Part shown: piece after piece, positions 10,150 to 23,035 of the stretch
Layout of the letters: each line of letters begins with the position of its first letter
Numbering within the stretch: position 1 is the stretch's first letter
Assembly (NCBI RefSeq): GCF_030684315.1
Contig: NC_081361.1
Location: 67,563,553 to 67,627,552, forward strand
DNA length: 64,000 nt
Reading direction: 5' to 3'
Source: Stegostoma tigrinum
Lineage: Eukaryota
Program-made: the position numbers and the translations under genes
The notes under the pieces: model-generated
Databases searched by the model: none
What the model saw: only the letters and a program-made list of their open reading frames with translations
What the model was told of the DNA's origin: nothing

Positions 10150-13100
10150 ACAACGGTCCTGACAGCCTTGTGGGGTGTTCTGTAGGGCCTTGTATGTTTA
10201 GCTGCTGCCCTGTTGCAAGGTTGCAGCTTTCATGTGGTCCACGTGCTTGATCAGGACCTCTTTTACCCAAATGTTGAATATAATGGACGTGATTTCATAT
10301 TGGGCTAATCCCGTGGTCTTGATGTCAAACTTCGTCCCCTGAAGTAAACTGCCTCTGTTGCTGAGAGGAGTCTTGTGTCTGGCGTTTGTATCCCTGATTC
10401 TGATACACCAATCCCATCCCAGCTTCACCCCTGCCTCCAAAAGGTCTGGGAAGATCAGGTTTAACCCGGTGCGGCATCCTCGTCCCATAGAAACTCTGAT
10501 GCAGCTATCCCTTTAGTTGCATTATGGTTGATCCTGTAATCAAACAGGAACTGAGACAGTTTGGTGTCAAATGAAGTCATAGGCTGTTTCTTTAAGCCTG
10601 CTTTCAAAGTTTAGAGTGTTCTTTCTGCCCAACCATTGGATGATGGATGGTATGGAGCTGACCTTGCATGCTGAATGCCATGCAACTTTAGGATACACTC
10701 AAATTCCCTCCTGGCAAATAATGACCTGTTGTCCGTGTATTGCAAAAGATGATTATAATCTTCATCAGTTGTCATTCCCATTTTTGACAAATGAATTCTA
10801 TGCACATTAAACCACTTTGAATGGCCATCCACAGTGACTAAAAGCAAAGAGCCCATGAAGGGTCTGACATAGTTGATGTGAAACCGAGGCCAGGGTTTAC
10901 ACAGCCATTCCCATGAATGTCGGGGAGCTACTAGTGGAAATTTTTGTCCATGTTGGCTCTCTTGGCACTGCCGCACCAAAGCAGTTATGCTGGTATCCAA
11001 TCCTGGCCGCCAAACGTAACTTGTTGGACTTCATAGTCAGTACGACTGGTGCTGTCCATTCTGCAAAGCATACTGGTCTGGTGAGTTCTTCATTTTCCAG
11101 CCTCCTGATTTCTGCCTCTACTTCTGTGCATAAGGCAAGTGGCACTGCGCAGGCCTTGCAGAATTGTGGAGTTGCTTCTTGGTCAACATGTAAGGTGGCC
11201 ATGGGCCTTTTGATGGTCCTTGGACATTGCTGAAAAATTTAATTAGGACCTCGCTTAGGTCATCATTTTCTAACTGAAAAATGTTAAGCCAATCACGTTG
11301 AATGTTTCTCAACCAATTTTGCCCCATCAAGCTTGGGCCCAAGCCTTTTACTACAGTCTGTGGTAACTGAACCAGCCCGTTCTCGTAAGAGATTGGAACT
11401 GCAGTTAACCCTAAATCTGTAGGGGATTCCGAGTATAGGTTCTCAGCCTGGCCAAGGCCTTATGCAAACATGAGGGTTGGAGTTCAGAGTGAATTTCAGT
11501 AAACACAGGCTATGCAATCACTGATACAGCTGTGCAACTATCGACTTCCATTAGACTAGGTGGCCATTTAACAAATGTTTATTTTGATTCGGATGTTGCT
11601 AAGCAATTTAACTGTTCCAAACCAGCTGTAGGTGGACTTTCCGGATGTGCACTGTCCTGAATTATGGGACAATGAGTTCTTTTACTCAATTCAGGCCTAA
11701 TGGGGCACTCTTGCTGTCTTGAGTCCACATAATGCAGCAACTACAACAGCATGCCGGCCCGTGACCATTTGGCTGAGGTTTGTCTTTGTTCGGGGTTTTG
11801 CTGTAGGCTGACATAGAGTCTCCCTGCCTAATGTATGCCCTGATTGAGGCTGCACAACTGCCTTCATTCAAGTGGTGTTTCTCAAGCTCATTTAGCCTGG
11901 TGGGGATGTCCACATCTGTCAGAATACCCTGTAACTCATAAGCTCCACTAGCTGCATTTTCTAATGACAAAACCAGTTGTACTGCCTGTTTGAAATCAGG
12001 TTGGGTGCAGCTAGTAGGCACTTTTGCATGGTCACATCATTAATTGCACATATCACTTCAGGTTAAACAAAAATCACACGCCTCTGCCAGTCTTGATCTA
12101 CTCAAAAATCACAACACAGATTCCTGTGGTTCTCAAACTGCTGAGTAAAACCAATAGCATCCAGAATTAGAGAAGGCTTGGGGTCATAATATCTTGGGTA
12201 CGTGCATCAACTCTTGAAAACTTTTAGTATTAGGGAAAGTTAGGCTCCTAATAACCAAAAAGGCTGCAGGTCCACAAGCTGTCACGAGAATTACCCATTG
12301 CTTTTAGTCTGCCCAATGTCACTTGTCCGGAAAGAATAATGCATTGGTTCTGGGCCCAGTCTTAGATATCAGGATTGAACAAGTCAGCCTTCGTAAACAG
12401 CAGCATCATGCCAGAAATGCTTAACTCAACTCAAAGGCAATTGTTGTAAGCAAGCGTCTTTAGTGGCATGTTTGTCTCTCATCACCACTGAAATAACTCC
12501 ATGAGGGGCGGTATCCCATCACCAAGTCACTGTTTATTTACATGTGTATAGCACACGACACTGACCCAGCCAGCTCCTGAAGTGAGCAGAATCCCTGACA
12601 CTCCTGTTTATATCTGTCAGCCAATTCTCCCTGATTGGGCTTTTAATCTGGCCCAGTCAGGGAACTCTAACATTGAGATCCACCTTGCTGACCTTTTCTA
12701 ATCACGACAGTTTTGAGATTTTTTTTTTGACCAACCTTTGGATCATCTAATGTTTCTTTGCTTGACTTATTTTATGTCTGCATTCATTGTAAAGCACATA
12801 TATAATTTGCCAAATTTAGAAAAACTGCTGAAATATAAATTGTTAAAACAGTGTAGCTCCTTTATAGAGCACTTTTTGTCCTAGTTTCTAGATTAAAGGG
12901 CCTGTTGTAGCCAAAAGTTCTAATCTATTGTTTCTCTTTGAAAATGTTCTCTTTGCCACAGTTTGAAAGGAGATAACTTTCACTAACCATATTCAGTCAA
13001 AAAATTAATTGTATGTTGAACAAGATCTTCAAAATTTATTGTTGTCTCAAAAATTAGGTAGCAGTAAATCATCAAATTAAAATTCATCAAATTAATTTGA

Positions 13101-13970
13101 TAAATCTGTAATTATGCAGATACTTCAAGTCTTATATTTTATATTTGCCGTAACAAAGGTTGTAAAGGAAGAAAGTTATCTTAAAATTACAGACTGTGTC
13201 TTCCAGACAACGTTATAGAGGTGGAAATAGGGGATCTAGGTAAAAAGAGGCTGGAAGTTCGTCTTCTGGCTGAATATGGTTTCAAAATGGTGAAATGCTG
13301 CACAGCCTCACATAGTTGCTAATGAGAGAAATGCTGGAGAAGCAACTTTGTGTGGACGCTAAAACAATGGTTTCAGCTTTTCTAATGTTTAACTGCCAGA
13401 TATTTCTGCTCACCCAGTATTGAATGTCACAGAGGGAATCTGAGAACTGAGCAATAGTGGAGAGGTTGAGAGCGATGTTGAGATACAGATGGGTGCTATC
13501 AGACACATTAAAAAACTGATATTTTTAAGATGACACTACTGAGAAATGGTGTCTAGATGAAAAACAGCTGGGGGATAATGATACGTACTTGGGGATACAA
13601 GAGATAATGGTCAGAGAGCAGAAGAAAAGCTAATAGAAGTGATTCTTTGGCTGTAATTAGATTACAATCGAATCAGGTAATTGCTGTTCCATCCTGCTGG
13701 ATGACTGTGGAAGATGGTGTGGTCAACCGGATTAAAACCTACAGACATGCCTAGCAGGATGAGGAGGCAAGGTTTGTCTTTGTCACGATCACATGGAAAG
13801 TGCTTCGGAGGGTCAGTGCAGACTCAATGGCCTCTCTCTGCACTGTTGGAATTCTATGATTCTTAGTGGAAAGGAAGGATGGAGATTTGGTGGTAGTTTG
13901 CAAGGATGGTGTGGCCAGGTGTTTTTCTTTCAGCAGAAATGTGATGACAGAGTGATAAGTAGGTAAATTG

Positions 13971-14318
13971 GGGTGGCACGGTGGCTTCAGTGATTAGCAC
14001 TGCTGCCTCACAGTACCAGGGGCACAGGTTCAATTCCAACCTTGGGTTACAGTCTGTGTGGAGTTTGTACATTCTCCACATGTCTGTCTGGATTTTCACT
14101 GGGTGCTCTGGTTTCTTCCCACTGTCCAAAAGATGTGCAGGTTAGGTGGATTGGCCAATGCCAAATTGTCTGCAGTGTCCAGGGATGTGGAGGTGAGGTG
14201 TGTTAGCCTTGGGAAATGCAGCGATAGGGTAAGGGAGTGAGCCTGGGTGGGATGTTCGTCAGAGAATCAGTATGGACTTGTGCCGAATGGCCTGTTTCCA
14301 CACCGTAGGGATTCTGTG
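13971..14318 (+). mobile_element. HE1-like SINE
   Basis: tRNA-like head ggtggcacggtggcttcagtgattagcactgctgcctcacag...ggttcaattcc; tail ggcctgtttccacaccgtagggattct. Confidence 0.8.
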
Positions 14319-15444
14319 AAGAAGTACAATACTTGCAGTGAGAATCATTAACCTTATTAGCAAACATAGGGACCACGAAGGGAAGTGGTATCGTCAGCAG
14401 TTTAGAGGGGAAAAGGTCAAAGGAGCAGAAGATGGTGCTATGAGCATGCTGAACTTGCTTCAAGAAAATGTTTTTATCTTGTAGAAAAAAAGAGAGTTGA
14501 GTTTTGCTTTCTGCCAAAATCTCCTGGTCCCAGACTTTGTTCCAGAAATAATGTTAGAACTGACAGAAAAGTGCACATGTTCATATAGAACTTTCAATAA
14601 ATGAAAATGTTCCGGAAATTGTTGAAAGAGGTGAAGTTTGCTGTCCTCCACATAAAAATAAAATTCATATTGGCATTAAGGAGCCGAAAAGAGACAAAAG
14701 CCGAAGCTGAGGGCAGAAGTTAAAGCGAAAACTCTGATCCCATACTTGACGTGAGACTGATAGTTGGGGTTGTTCAAGATGGCTGTAGCAGCCACAGAAC
14801 AGCTGTGTAGATGTTCTGAAGATGTGCTTTTCTTTTAAGCCTATTTTTCCTAATCAGCCTGTTCAGAGATAATACTTACCTCTGAACCAGGTGGGACTTG
14901 AACCTGGGCATCTTGGCCTAGGGGTAGGAACACTGCCACTGTGCCACAAGGGAGCCTTGCACAGATCGCTGTCCTCAAACTAATTAATTATAATCAGCTG
15001 CATCTTCCCTCTGTCATCACACTAGATGTGGGATGGCTGTAAGCTCTGGAATTCCCTTCTCAAACCTCTGATTCCTTGTCTTGCTTTCATTCTGTAAAAT
15101 TCTCCTTTTATCTCTTTGATCAAGTTATTAGCCAACTGCCATTGTATCTACTAATGTGGTTCAGTGTCATATACCTTGCAATGCTTTATTTTTACATTTA
15201 AAAATACAAGATAAATACACATTGTTATTGTTATTCCACAGTGTTCCAATTCATTTACAACTTAACCAAAAATGAAGCAGTCCATACTAGCCTTCAAAGT
15301 TATCTAATCTAGGCTAACACATGTCAGCTGTCTCACATTCTACCCAGCCAGGCATATGACAAGATAACTTCCATGCAAACTTTCAATAGCAGTAACATAA
15401 CCAACGCCCATAAACAATGTCCACAACAAATGGTCAGGCCCCAG

Positions 15445-16175
15445 GGAACATTGCTGAACAAAGAGACCTCGGGGTGCAGGTGTGTACTTCTTTCAAAGTT
15501 GAATCATAAGTGGACAGGGTAGTGCAGAAGGCGTTTGGTACACGTCTTCATTGGTCAGAACATTGAATAGAGGAGTTGCTTTGTCTAGAATGTGGCTGTA
15601 CAAAACATTAGTGAGGCCACTTCTAGAATACTGCGTAAAGTTAACAACATCCTTCTGTAGGATGGATGTTATTAAGCTTGAGAGGGTTCAGAAAAGATCT
15701 ACAAGGATTTTGCTGGAACTGGAGTGTTTGAGTTATAGGGCGAGGCTGAATGGGCTGGGGCTTTTTTTCCCTAGAGCATCAGAGGCTGAGGGGGTGACCT
15801 TAGAGAGATTTAGAAAATCATGAGGGGCATGGATAGAGTGAATAGCTAAGATCTCTTTCCTGGGGTGGGAAGTGCAAAATTAGAGGGCATAGGTTTAAGA
15901 TGAGAGGAGAAAGATTTGAAAAGGAACTGATGATTAACTTTTTCATGCAGGGGGTGGCATGTGCATGGAATGAGCTGCCAGATGAAGTGGCAGAGGCTGG
16001 TACAATTACAACATTTAAAAGGCATCTAGATGGGTATATGAAGAGGAAGGGTTTACAGGGATATGTGTCAATGCTGGCACATGGCAATAGGTCAGATTGG
16101 AATGTCTGATCAGTGTGGGTGAGTCGGATTGGACCAAAGGGTCTGTTTCATGCTGTGTGATTCTATGACTATGAT
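15445..16175 (+). mobile_element. CR1 LINE 3' fragment
   Basis: ORF remnants LYKTLVRPLLEYC..KLERVQKR and WNELPDEVAEAGTITTFKRHLD, typical of the CR1 ORF2 C-terminus; tail attctatgactatga. Confidence 0.9.
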
Positions 16176-16686
16176 TTAACCAGCCATATCAATACCATGA
16201 CTCCAGGAGTAGAGTAGAAGCTGGGCTAGTGCTCCCTCAACTCTTGAAGTTTCTGCCATTCAGCAGATTCAAGTTTGCACTCTAACTCGTGGTTTGCACA
16301 AATGGGTGCAGTTGGAACAACACTGCATTAGGTTAATTAGCACAAGGATGGAACATGTTGGTTTGTTAGTGTACCAGGAATTATATTTTTTTTCTTAATT
16401 CCTGCAATACTAGTACACTCTGACTGTCATATGCACAATCAGCAGGAGACTGCAGTGACTCATCAGAGGACTTAAACTGCAGTTTTCTTCCTTGTGACCC
16501 CTATTACCCAAAGTTACAAACATTAGTGTTCTGCGAGTCTGGAGTTCTGAGTCTTCATGCTGATGTGAACACATTATTTATTCATCTTTGCTCAGATCAA
16601 GTTGAATAATTTCCTGTACTAACACAATTTCTGAGCACTGTCAAAAGGAGAATGCCGACCATTACTGTGCTAAGAACAGTTATAAT

Positions 16687-16911
16687 AGCGAGTTTTGAGA
16701 AGATTTGTAGCTCAGGTTGAGGTTCTGGATGTGAGTTTGCTCACTGAGCTGGAAGGTTAGTTTTCAGACGTTTCGTCACCATTCTAGGTAACATCATTAG
16801 TGAGCCTCCGATGAAGCTTCATCGGAGGCTCACTGATGATGTTACCTAGAATGGTGACGAAACGTCTGAAAACTAACCTTCCAGCTCAGCGAGCAAAGTC
16901 ACATCCAGAAC
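16687..16911. mobile_element. Palindromic PLE-end dimer (95-bp arms) with hammerhead motif and 14-bp target-site duplication
   Basis: Arms 16722-16816 and 16817-16911 are reverse complements with 3 mismatches, centred on aagctt. Direct repeat agaacagttataat at 16673-16686 and 16907-16920. Confidence 0.85.
16830..16869 (+). ncRNA. Minimal hammerhead ribozyme motif (PLE family 2)
   Basis: tca CTGATGA t gttacc tagaat ggtgac GAAA cGTC tga: intact core, 6-bp stem II, 3-bp stem I, palindromic ACGU. The mirror copy on the minus strand has CTAATGA. Confidence 0.72.
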
Positions 16912-17235
16912 AGTTATAATTAAATTTGGAAAGTTGTTAGACAGCAACAAGATCATGTAATGTACCAGTCACAGTTAGAGCTGAGCTAACTGATAGGCTG
17001 ATGAATGTACTGCTCTGTAATGGACCCAGAATATGCTGATGACTTTGCTTTCAGTGTCTGTTATGTTGAAATTGTGTTTTTTTTATTGCAGAGTAGTTAG
17101 TTTTGCAGCATTTAATTTGAAGTCCCAACAGAATTATATGAACAGGTTCACTCCTGACATTGCCATGCTTATCCCCCCAGTGATTGTATTGTATGGGCTT
17201 TAAAACCCATGTCCTTTCTTCTCCATGTTGAACAG

Positions 17236-17667
17236 GTATCATTGATGTCAGCATAAAAAATGTACAAGAGGTGATCCTTGCAGCGGATATGTTGCAGTTA
17301 ACTGAGATTGTGAACATGTGCAGTAATTTTTTAAAAGGGCAAGTTGATCCCTCAAACTGTGTTGGAATTTATCAATTTGCTGAGCAAATCGCATGTCATG
17401 ATCTCATGGAATTCAGTGAAAGCTACATTTATGTGCACTTCCTGGAGGTATGTAAAACTGAGGAATTTATTGGATTAGAAAAAGATCAACTTGTAAAGAT
17501 ATTAAAAAGTGAAGAACTCCACATTGAAGATGAATATCAAGTTTTCACAGCTGCTATGGAATGGGTGCTCAAAGACATGGGCAAAAGGAAAAAATATGTG
17601 ATTGAAATTCTGGATCCTGTTCGATTTCCTCTGCTGTCTTCACGAAGATTATTCAAGTATATTGAAG
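17236..17667 (+). CDS. IPP: IPP coding exon 2 (end of BTB and BACK domain)
   Basis: aacag|GT ATC ATT..; encodes NVQEVILAADMLQL...EQIACHDL...EDEYQVF...RFPLL...KYIEG; donor G|gtacga; 432 bp, phase 1-1. Confidence 0.96.
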
Positions 17668-18519
17668 GTACGACAGAATTTTGAGTATTTCATGTTCTTC
17701 AGGACAAAGTAGCATGCTCATTGCTAACGTGTGCATGACATTAGACATTTACTGCCTCCATCATAATGACATCTGTGTGTGCTATTTAGGAAGTACATTG
17801 CAGCAATTCATCCGGGGTGTTTTTTTTTTGCAACACCTTCCAAACCTATAACCTCTGCTACCTAGAGGATGAGGGCAATAGGTGCGTGGAAACACAACCA
17901 TCTGCAAGTTTCCATCAACCTGACTTGGAATTGTACCATAGTTTCTGCATTACATAAAATTTTGGAACTCCCTTTCTAATAGCACCACAGATAAACTTGC
18001 ACCACGTGGTCTGCAATATTTCAAGAGGGTGACTTAACATTGCTTCCTTGAGTGAAGTCACAGATTTTTAGAAACAATTTGTGCTTATGAACATTACTGG
18101 TTTGGTCAGCTCCTGTTATCGAGCCCTAATTTCTCTTTAGAAAGTGATGACCATAAGGTTTCGGACCAGAATTCGTTTGTTTGGCCCATCGAGTCTGACT
18201 GGTGGACCAATCACCCTGATGTGGTTCTCAACCCCATTCTCCTTCTGCCTTCCTGTAACCCTTTATCCCTGACCAAACAAGAACCTATCTATCTCTGTCT
18301 CAAAAGACTCAAGGACACTCCACAGTCCTCTGTGGCAATGTGTTCCACAAAGATCTGTCTCATGATTACATTTTTAAGATAAAAGGTAGGTATTAAATTA
18401 TCATAGAGCAGTGGTTTAGAGCAGTAAGACTGCTAATGCTGAGTTTATGGGAATGTGTGCTGTAATTGTTTTCTTGGGTATATTTTGGATCTGTAGATTA
18501 AGGTGCAGAGATGGCTTTT

Positions 18520-21500
18520 AGTAGTGTGATGTGTGCTTCCGGTTGGATGTGGGAGATTAGGAAGAATTTCAGTATTCCTGGAGATTATGTCTGCAGGAAG
18601 TGTGTTTGGATGCAAATCCTGTCGGATTGCATGGATCAGCTGGAGCAGCGGTTAGAGGCATTGAGGAATTTCTAGGAGCTGGGGGTGTAATATGTGGCAG
18701 TTTGAGGAAGGTAGAAAAACCGCAGATACACTGAGGTGGATGGGTTGCCGCCAGGAAAGGTAGTGCGGGAGGTTACTGTGGCTATCCCCATCTCAAACAA
18801 CAAGTTTGAATAATGTTGGGGGTGATGGCCTCTCGGGGAATATGACATCCGGGTTTCCGGTACTGAAACTCACTCTACTGTTTTTTTTTTGGGTGGGGGA
18901 ATTATATCAAGTTGCAAGCAATTGATTGTGATGGGGGACTGTCTAGTCAGCTAGAAATTTCTGCAACAAGATCTACTCAGGAGGTTTTAAAACATTGAAG
19001 CAGGGAGACTCAAAGAGAGAGTGAGGAAAAAAATACATCTGAGACTGGTATAGTAATGAAGACGACCAAGTTAAATAGAGTAAGGCAGAGAACAAGGTAA
19101 CACTGATAAATTAAACAACATTTGTTTGAGTGCAAGAGGCCTGACAGTTAAGGCAGATGATCTTAGGGGATTGGTTAGGAACATGGGACTGGGATACCAT
19201 AGCTATTGCAGAAACGTAGCTCAGGAAGGAGCAGCTTAATGTTCCAGGGTATAGATGCTTTGGGAAGGATAGAAAGGTGGGGGGTGCAAGTCAGGAGGGG
19301 GAGTTGTGTTTTTAGTTTAAGGGCTTGGATGGAGAGAAATTTGTTAAGTATATACAAAAAACTTATTCAGAATGTGGATGTACATGGGAGAGAAGGAGCA
19401 AAACTTGACCTTAGCTTGGGAAAGAAGGCAGTGTCAGTGACTGAGGTATCGTTGGGGGAGTACTTTCCGGCCACTGATCATAATTCTGTTATTTTTAAAA
19501 TAGTTATGGAAAAGGATAGACCTGATCTAAAAGTTAATATTCTAAATTGTAGGAAGGCCAATTTTGACGGTATTAGGCAAGAGCTTTCAAAAGTTATTTG
19601 GGAGAGGCTATTCGCAGCTAAAGGGACAGGACGAAAGTGAGAGGCCTTTAAAAATAAGATTGAGAGATCAGACACACTATGTTCCTGTTAGTGTGAAGGC
19701 CATGGCTGGTATGCATAGGGAATGCTGGATGACTAGAGAACCTGAGGCTCTGGACAAGACGAAGGAAGAGGCATGTGTCACATACAGACAGCTGGATCTA
19801 GTGAATCCCCAGAGGAGTATAAGGGCAGTATAAGTATACTTAAGAGGGAAATCAGGACAGCAAAAAGGGACATCAGATATCTATGGCAAATAGAGTTAAG
19901 CAAAATCCAAAGGGATTCTACAAATACATTAGAGAAAAGGAGTAACTTGGGAGAAAGTAGGGCCCCTTAACCGGCCTTGTTGATCTTTGTGTGGAACCAC
20001 AGAACATGGGTGAGGTACTAAATGAGTATTTCACATCCGTATTTACTGTGAAGAAGGATGTTGAAGTGAGAGAACTTGGGGAAATAAATAGTGATATCTT
20101 GAAAAGTGTCCACATTACAGAGAAGGAGCTGCTCGATGTCTCAAAATGCTTAAGGGTGGATAAATCCCTGGGACCTGATCAGGTCTATCGCAGAACTTTG
20201 CAGGAAGCAAGGGAAGAGATTGGTGGGCCCCTTGCTGAGAAAATTTGTATCATCGACAGCCACATTTGAGGTGCTCGCAGACGGGAGGTTGGCAGATGGG
20301 ATGGAAATATTTAAAGGTGGTAAGGAAAAGCTAAGGAACTCTGAAGCTGTGTTGGGTGAGTTGTTGGAGGGGATTCTGAGGAATAGGATTTACGTGCATT
20401 TGGAAAGGCATGGACTGATTAGAGAGCATCAACGTGACTTTGTGCGCAGGAAATCACGCCTCACTAACGTGATTGAGTTTTTTTTTTGAAGAAGTGACAG
20501 AAGAAGATTGACTGCTCAGCCTTGACCAATGTTGTCTACATGGACTTTGGCAAGGTGTTTGACAACGTTCCTCATGGTAGACTGGTTAGCAAGGTTAGAT
20601 CACAAACAAGGCATGGAAGAACTGGCCATTTGGATACAAAATTGGCTTGAAGTTAGGAGATGTAGGGTGATGGTGGAGGGTTGTTTTCGAACTGTAGGCC
20701 ACTGACCAGTGATGTGCCACGAGGATGGGTGCTGGGCCCACTGCTTTCTGTCATTTCTATAAATAATTTGAATGTGAATATAGGAGGTATGTTTAGTAGA
20801 TTTGCAAATGATGGCAAAATTGATGGTGTAGCAGACAGCAAAAAAAGTTAGTTCAGAGTACAATGGTACCCTGACCAGATGGATGAATGGGCCAAGGATT
20901 GACAGATGAAGTTTAATGTAGATAAATGTGTGGTGTTGCATTCTGGTATCAGGGCAGGGTTTGTACAATTAATGGTATAGCTCTGGGGAATGTTGCTGAT
21001 CCAAGGGAACTAGGAATGCAAGTGCATAGTTCCTTGAAAGTGGAGTTGCAGGTCAACAGGGTGGTAAACGAGGTGTTTGGCATGCTTGCCACCATTGGTC
21101 AGTGCTTTGAATATCGGATTTGGGAAGTCATGTTCTGGCTGTCAAGGACATTTGTGAGACCACTTCTAGAATACTGCGTTCAGGCCACTTATTTTTAGAA
21201 TACTGCATTCAATTCAGGTCTCCCTGCTATAGGAAAGATGTTGTTAACCTTGAAAGGGTTCAGAAAAGATTTACAAGGTGTTGCTGGAGTTAGATGGTTT
21301 GAACTCGAGGGAGAGGAGCATTTTTTTCTCTTGGCACGTCAGAAGCTGAGGGGTGACCTTAGAGAGATTTATAAAAACATGAGGGGCATGGATAGGGTGA
21401 ATAGCCAAAGTCTTTTTCCCAGGTTAGGGGACTCCACACCTAGAGGACATACGGGGCTGAGGGGCACCTTTTTCATGTTAAGGATGGTGCATGTATGGAA

Positions 21501-21700
21501 CAAGCTGCCAGAATAAGTGATGGCGGCTGGTACAATTGCAACATTTAAAGGGCATCTGGATGGGTACGTGAATAGCAAGGGTTTAGAAGGATATGGGCCA
21601 AATGCTGGCAAATTGGATTGGGTCAATTTAGGAAATCTGATTGGCATGGTCGAATTGGAGTAAAGGGTCAGTTTCCATGCCGTATAACTCTGCAACTCTG
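18520..21700 (+). mobile_element. Degenerate CR1 LINE (endonuclease-RT ORF2 fragments)
   Basis: Fragments DHNSVIFKI, KANFDGIRQEL, MGEVLNEYFTSVFT, DKSLGPDQ, KSRLTNVIEFF, FVRPLLEYCVQ and VWNKLPE, with many frameshifts. Confidence 0.9.
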
Positions 21701-23035
21701 AGTCACCATCGTCCAGCTGAAGAAATTCCTGGTGAGTCATCTTTATGAACCACTGCATTTATTTTGATACAGGTAGGCCCCACAGTGTTTTAGGATGGGA
21801 TGTTCATCCCATAAACAATTTTTTTTAAAAAGGTGCATTTACCAGCAGAGCAAAATTTGGCTGTTGCTAGTTGGTTTCAATTCCATGTTGTTATTATTAC
21901 TTACGTTAAATTTCAAGACATTGTTTCCTGCTTCAGGTCCCAAATAGAGAAAAGTTGATCAGCTGCCCGGTCCTCATTTCAAAGCACAGTGTTTTAGATC
22001 ATCTTGTCCTTCAATCATTTTCTCTCATCCTGCCACTAACAAATAGAAACTGAATTTGCACAACACAACGTCACTGTTATTAGAAAAAAATTTCAATTAC
22101 TGGTTGACACATGATTGGCATCAAACAATCCATGCCATGTACCATCATATCATTAAAGACTACCCATACAAATATAAGAATCCACATACACTTTGTTCTG
22201 TCTTGTAGTTGTTGAAGAATCTGCATCATATTACACTGCCATGGCTCAACCTAATTAAATGTCCCACAGTAGTGAAACCTTGTAAACAAGTGATCTGAAA
22301 CCTCACATTCAGATCTACATAATCTAACCCTATTCAGTGAACTCTCCATCTATCATAAGAAGGCAATAAAACCTCAATTCCCAAAACAGCCTGATACGAA
22401 TCTACATATTTCCCAATATAAGTGTTTAGTTTGTATTATTTATGGCCATGATATTTTATATTTTGTGTGATAGCATATTACATATGTTGTAAGATTTGGG
22501 CTTAACTTTAAGTGGAAGAACTAAGTCAATTGCAATTAAAGACTGACTTGAGGGAGCCAATCTAAAAGCATACTAGTCCTGATTAGTTGTGAGACCCATT
22601 CCAGCTACAAATATATTTTTTAGGTTTTACAGATTTTATTAAGTTTATTCTAATACAGACAAAATAAATTTTAGTCAAGAAAAGGTTTTCAATCAGACCA
22701 CTTCAGGACCTCCCTAACTCCAGGTTCTTGCTGACTGGACGTGTGTTTCTTGTCTCCTCTGTTGACTAAAGTTGACCTTCTTCTTCAGTCTTTTCCATTT
22801 GTTGTAAACCACCCAGCATTAAGGATTTCTGAAGTTCATGCATAGCAGTTGCTTCAGGAGTCAGAATACATCCATGTGCAAGGGAGCATTGGCCATCTTC
22901 CCTGTTAATGATCAGAAGCATCCTGAGTTCGAATTGGCTTGCCAGTGCATGGATAACACAGGATCAATCCCAGATTGTCTCAATTGTCAATTCCCAAATT
23001 CCTAATGGTTTCTGTAAAAGTAACAGTCGTCTTGG

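Larger units (their letters stand above)
9513..12709 (-). mobile_element. Decayed Ty3/Gypsy LTR retrotransposon in an IPP intron
   Basis: Two diverged LTRs (about 9513-9785 and 12490-12709) share gagcagaatccctgacactcctgtttat. PBS-like TGGTGATGAGAG on the minus strand at about 12476-12487. Broken ORFs include gag-like, RT-like (PVCFAEWTAPVV) and integrase (PWPRFHINY..VDGHSKW, SAPYHPSSNGWAER) segments. Confidence 0.85.

Noticed and set aside
13971-14045. tRNA-like sequence
   Set aside because: It is a SINE head followed by SINE body and tail, not a tRNA gene.
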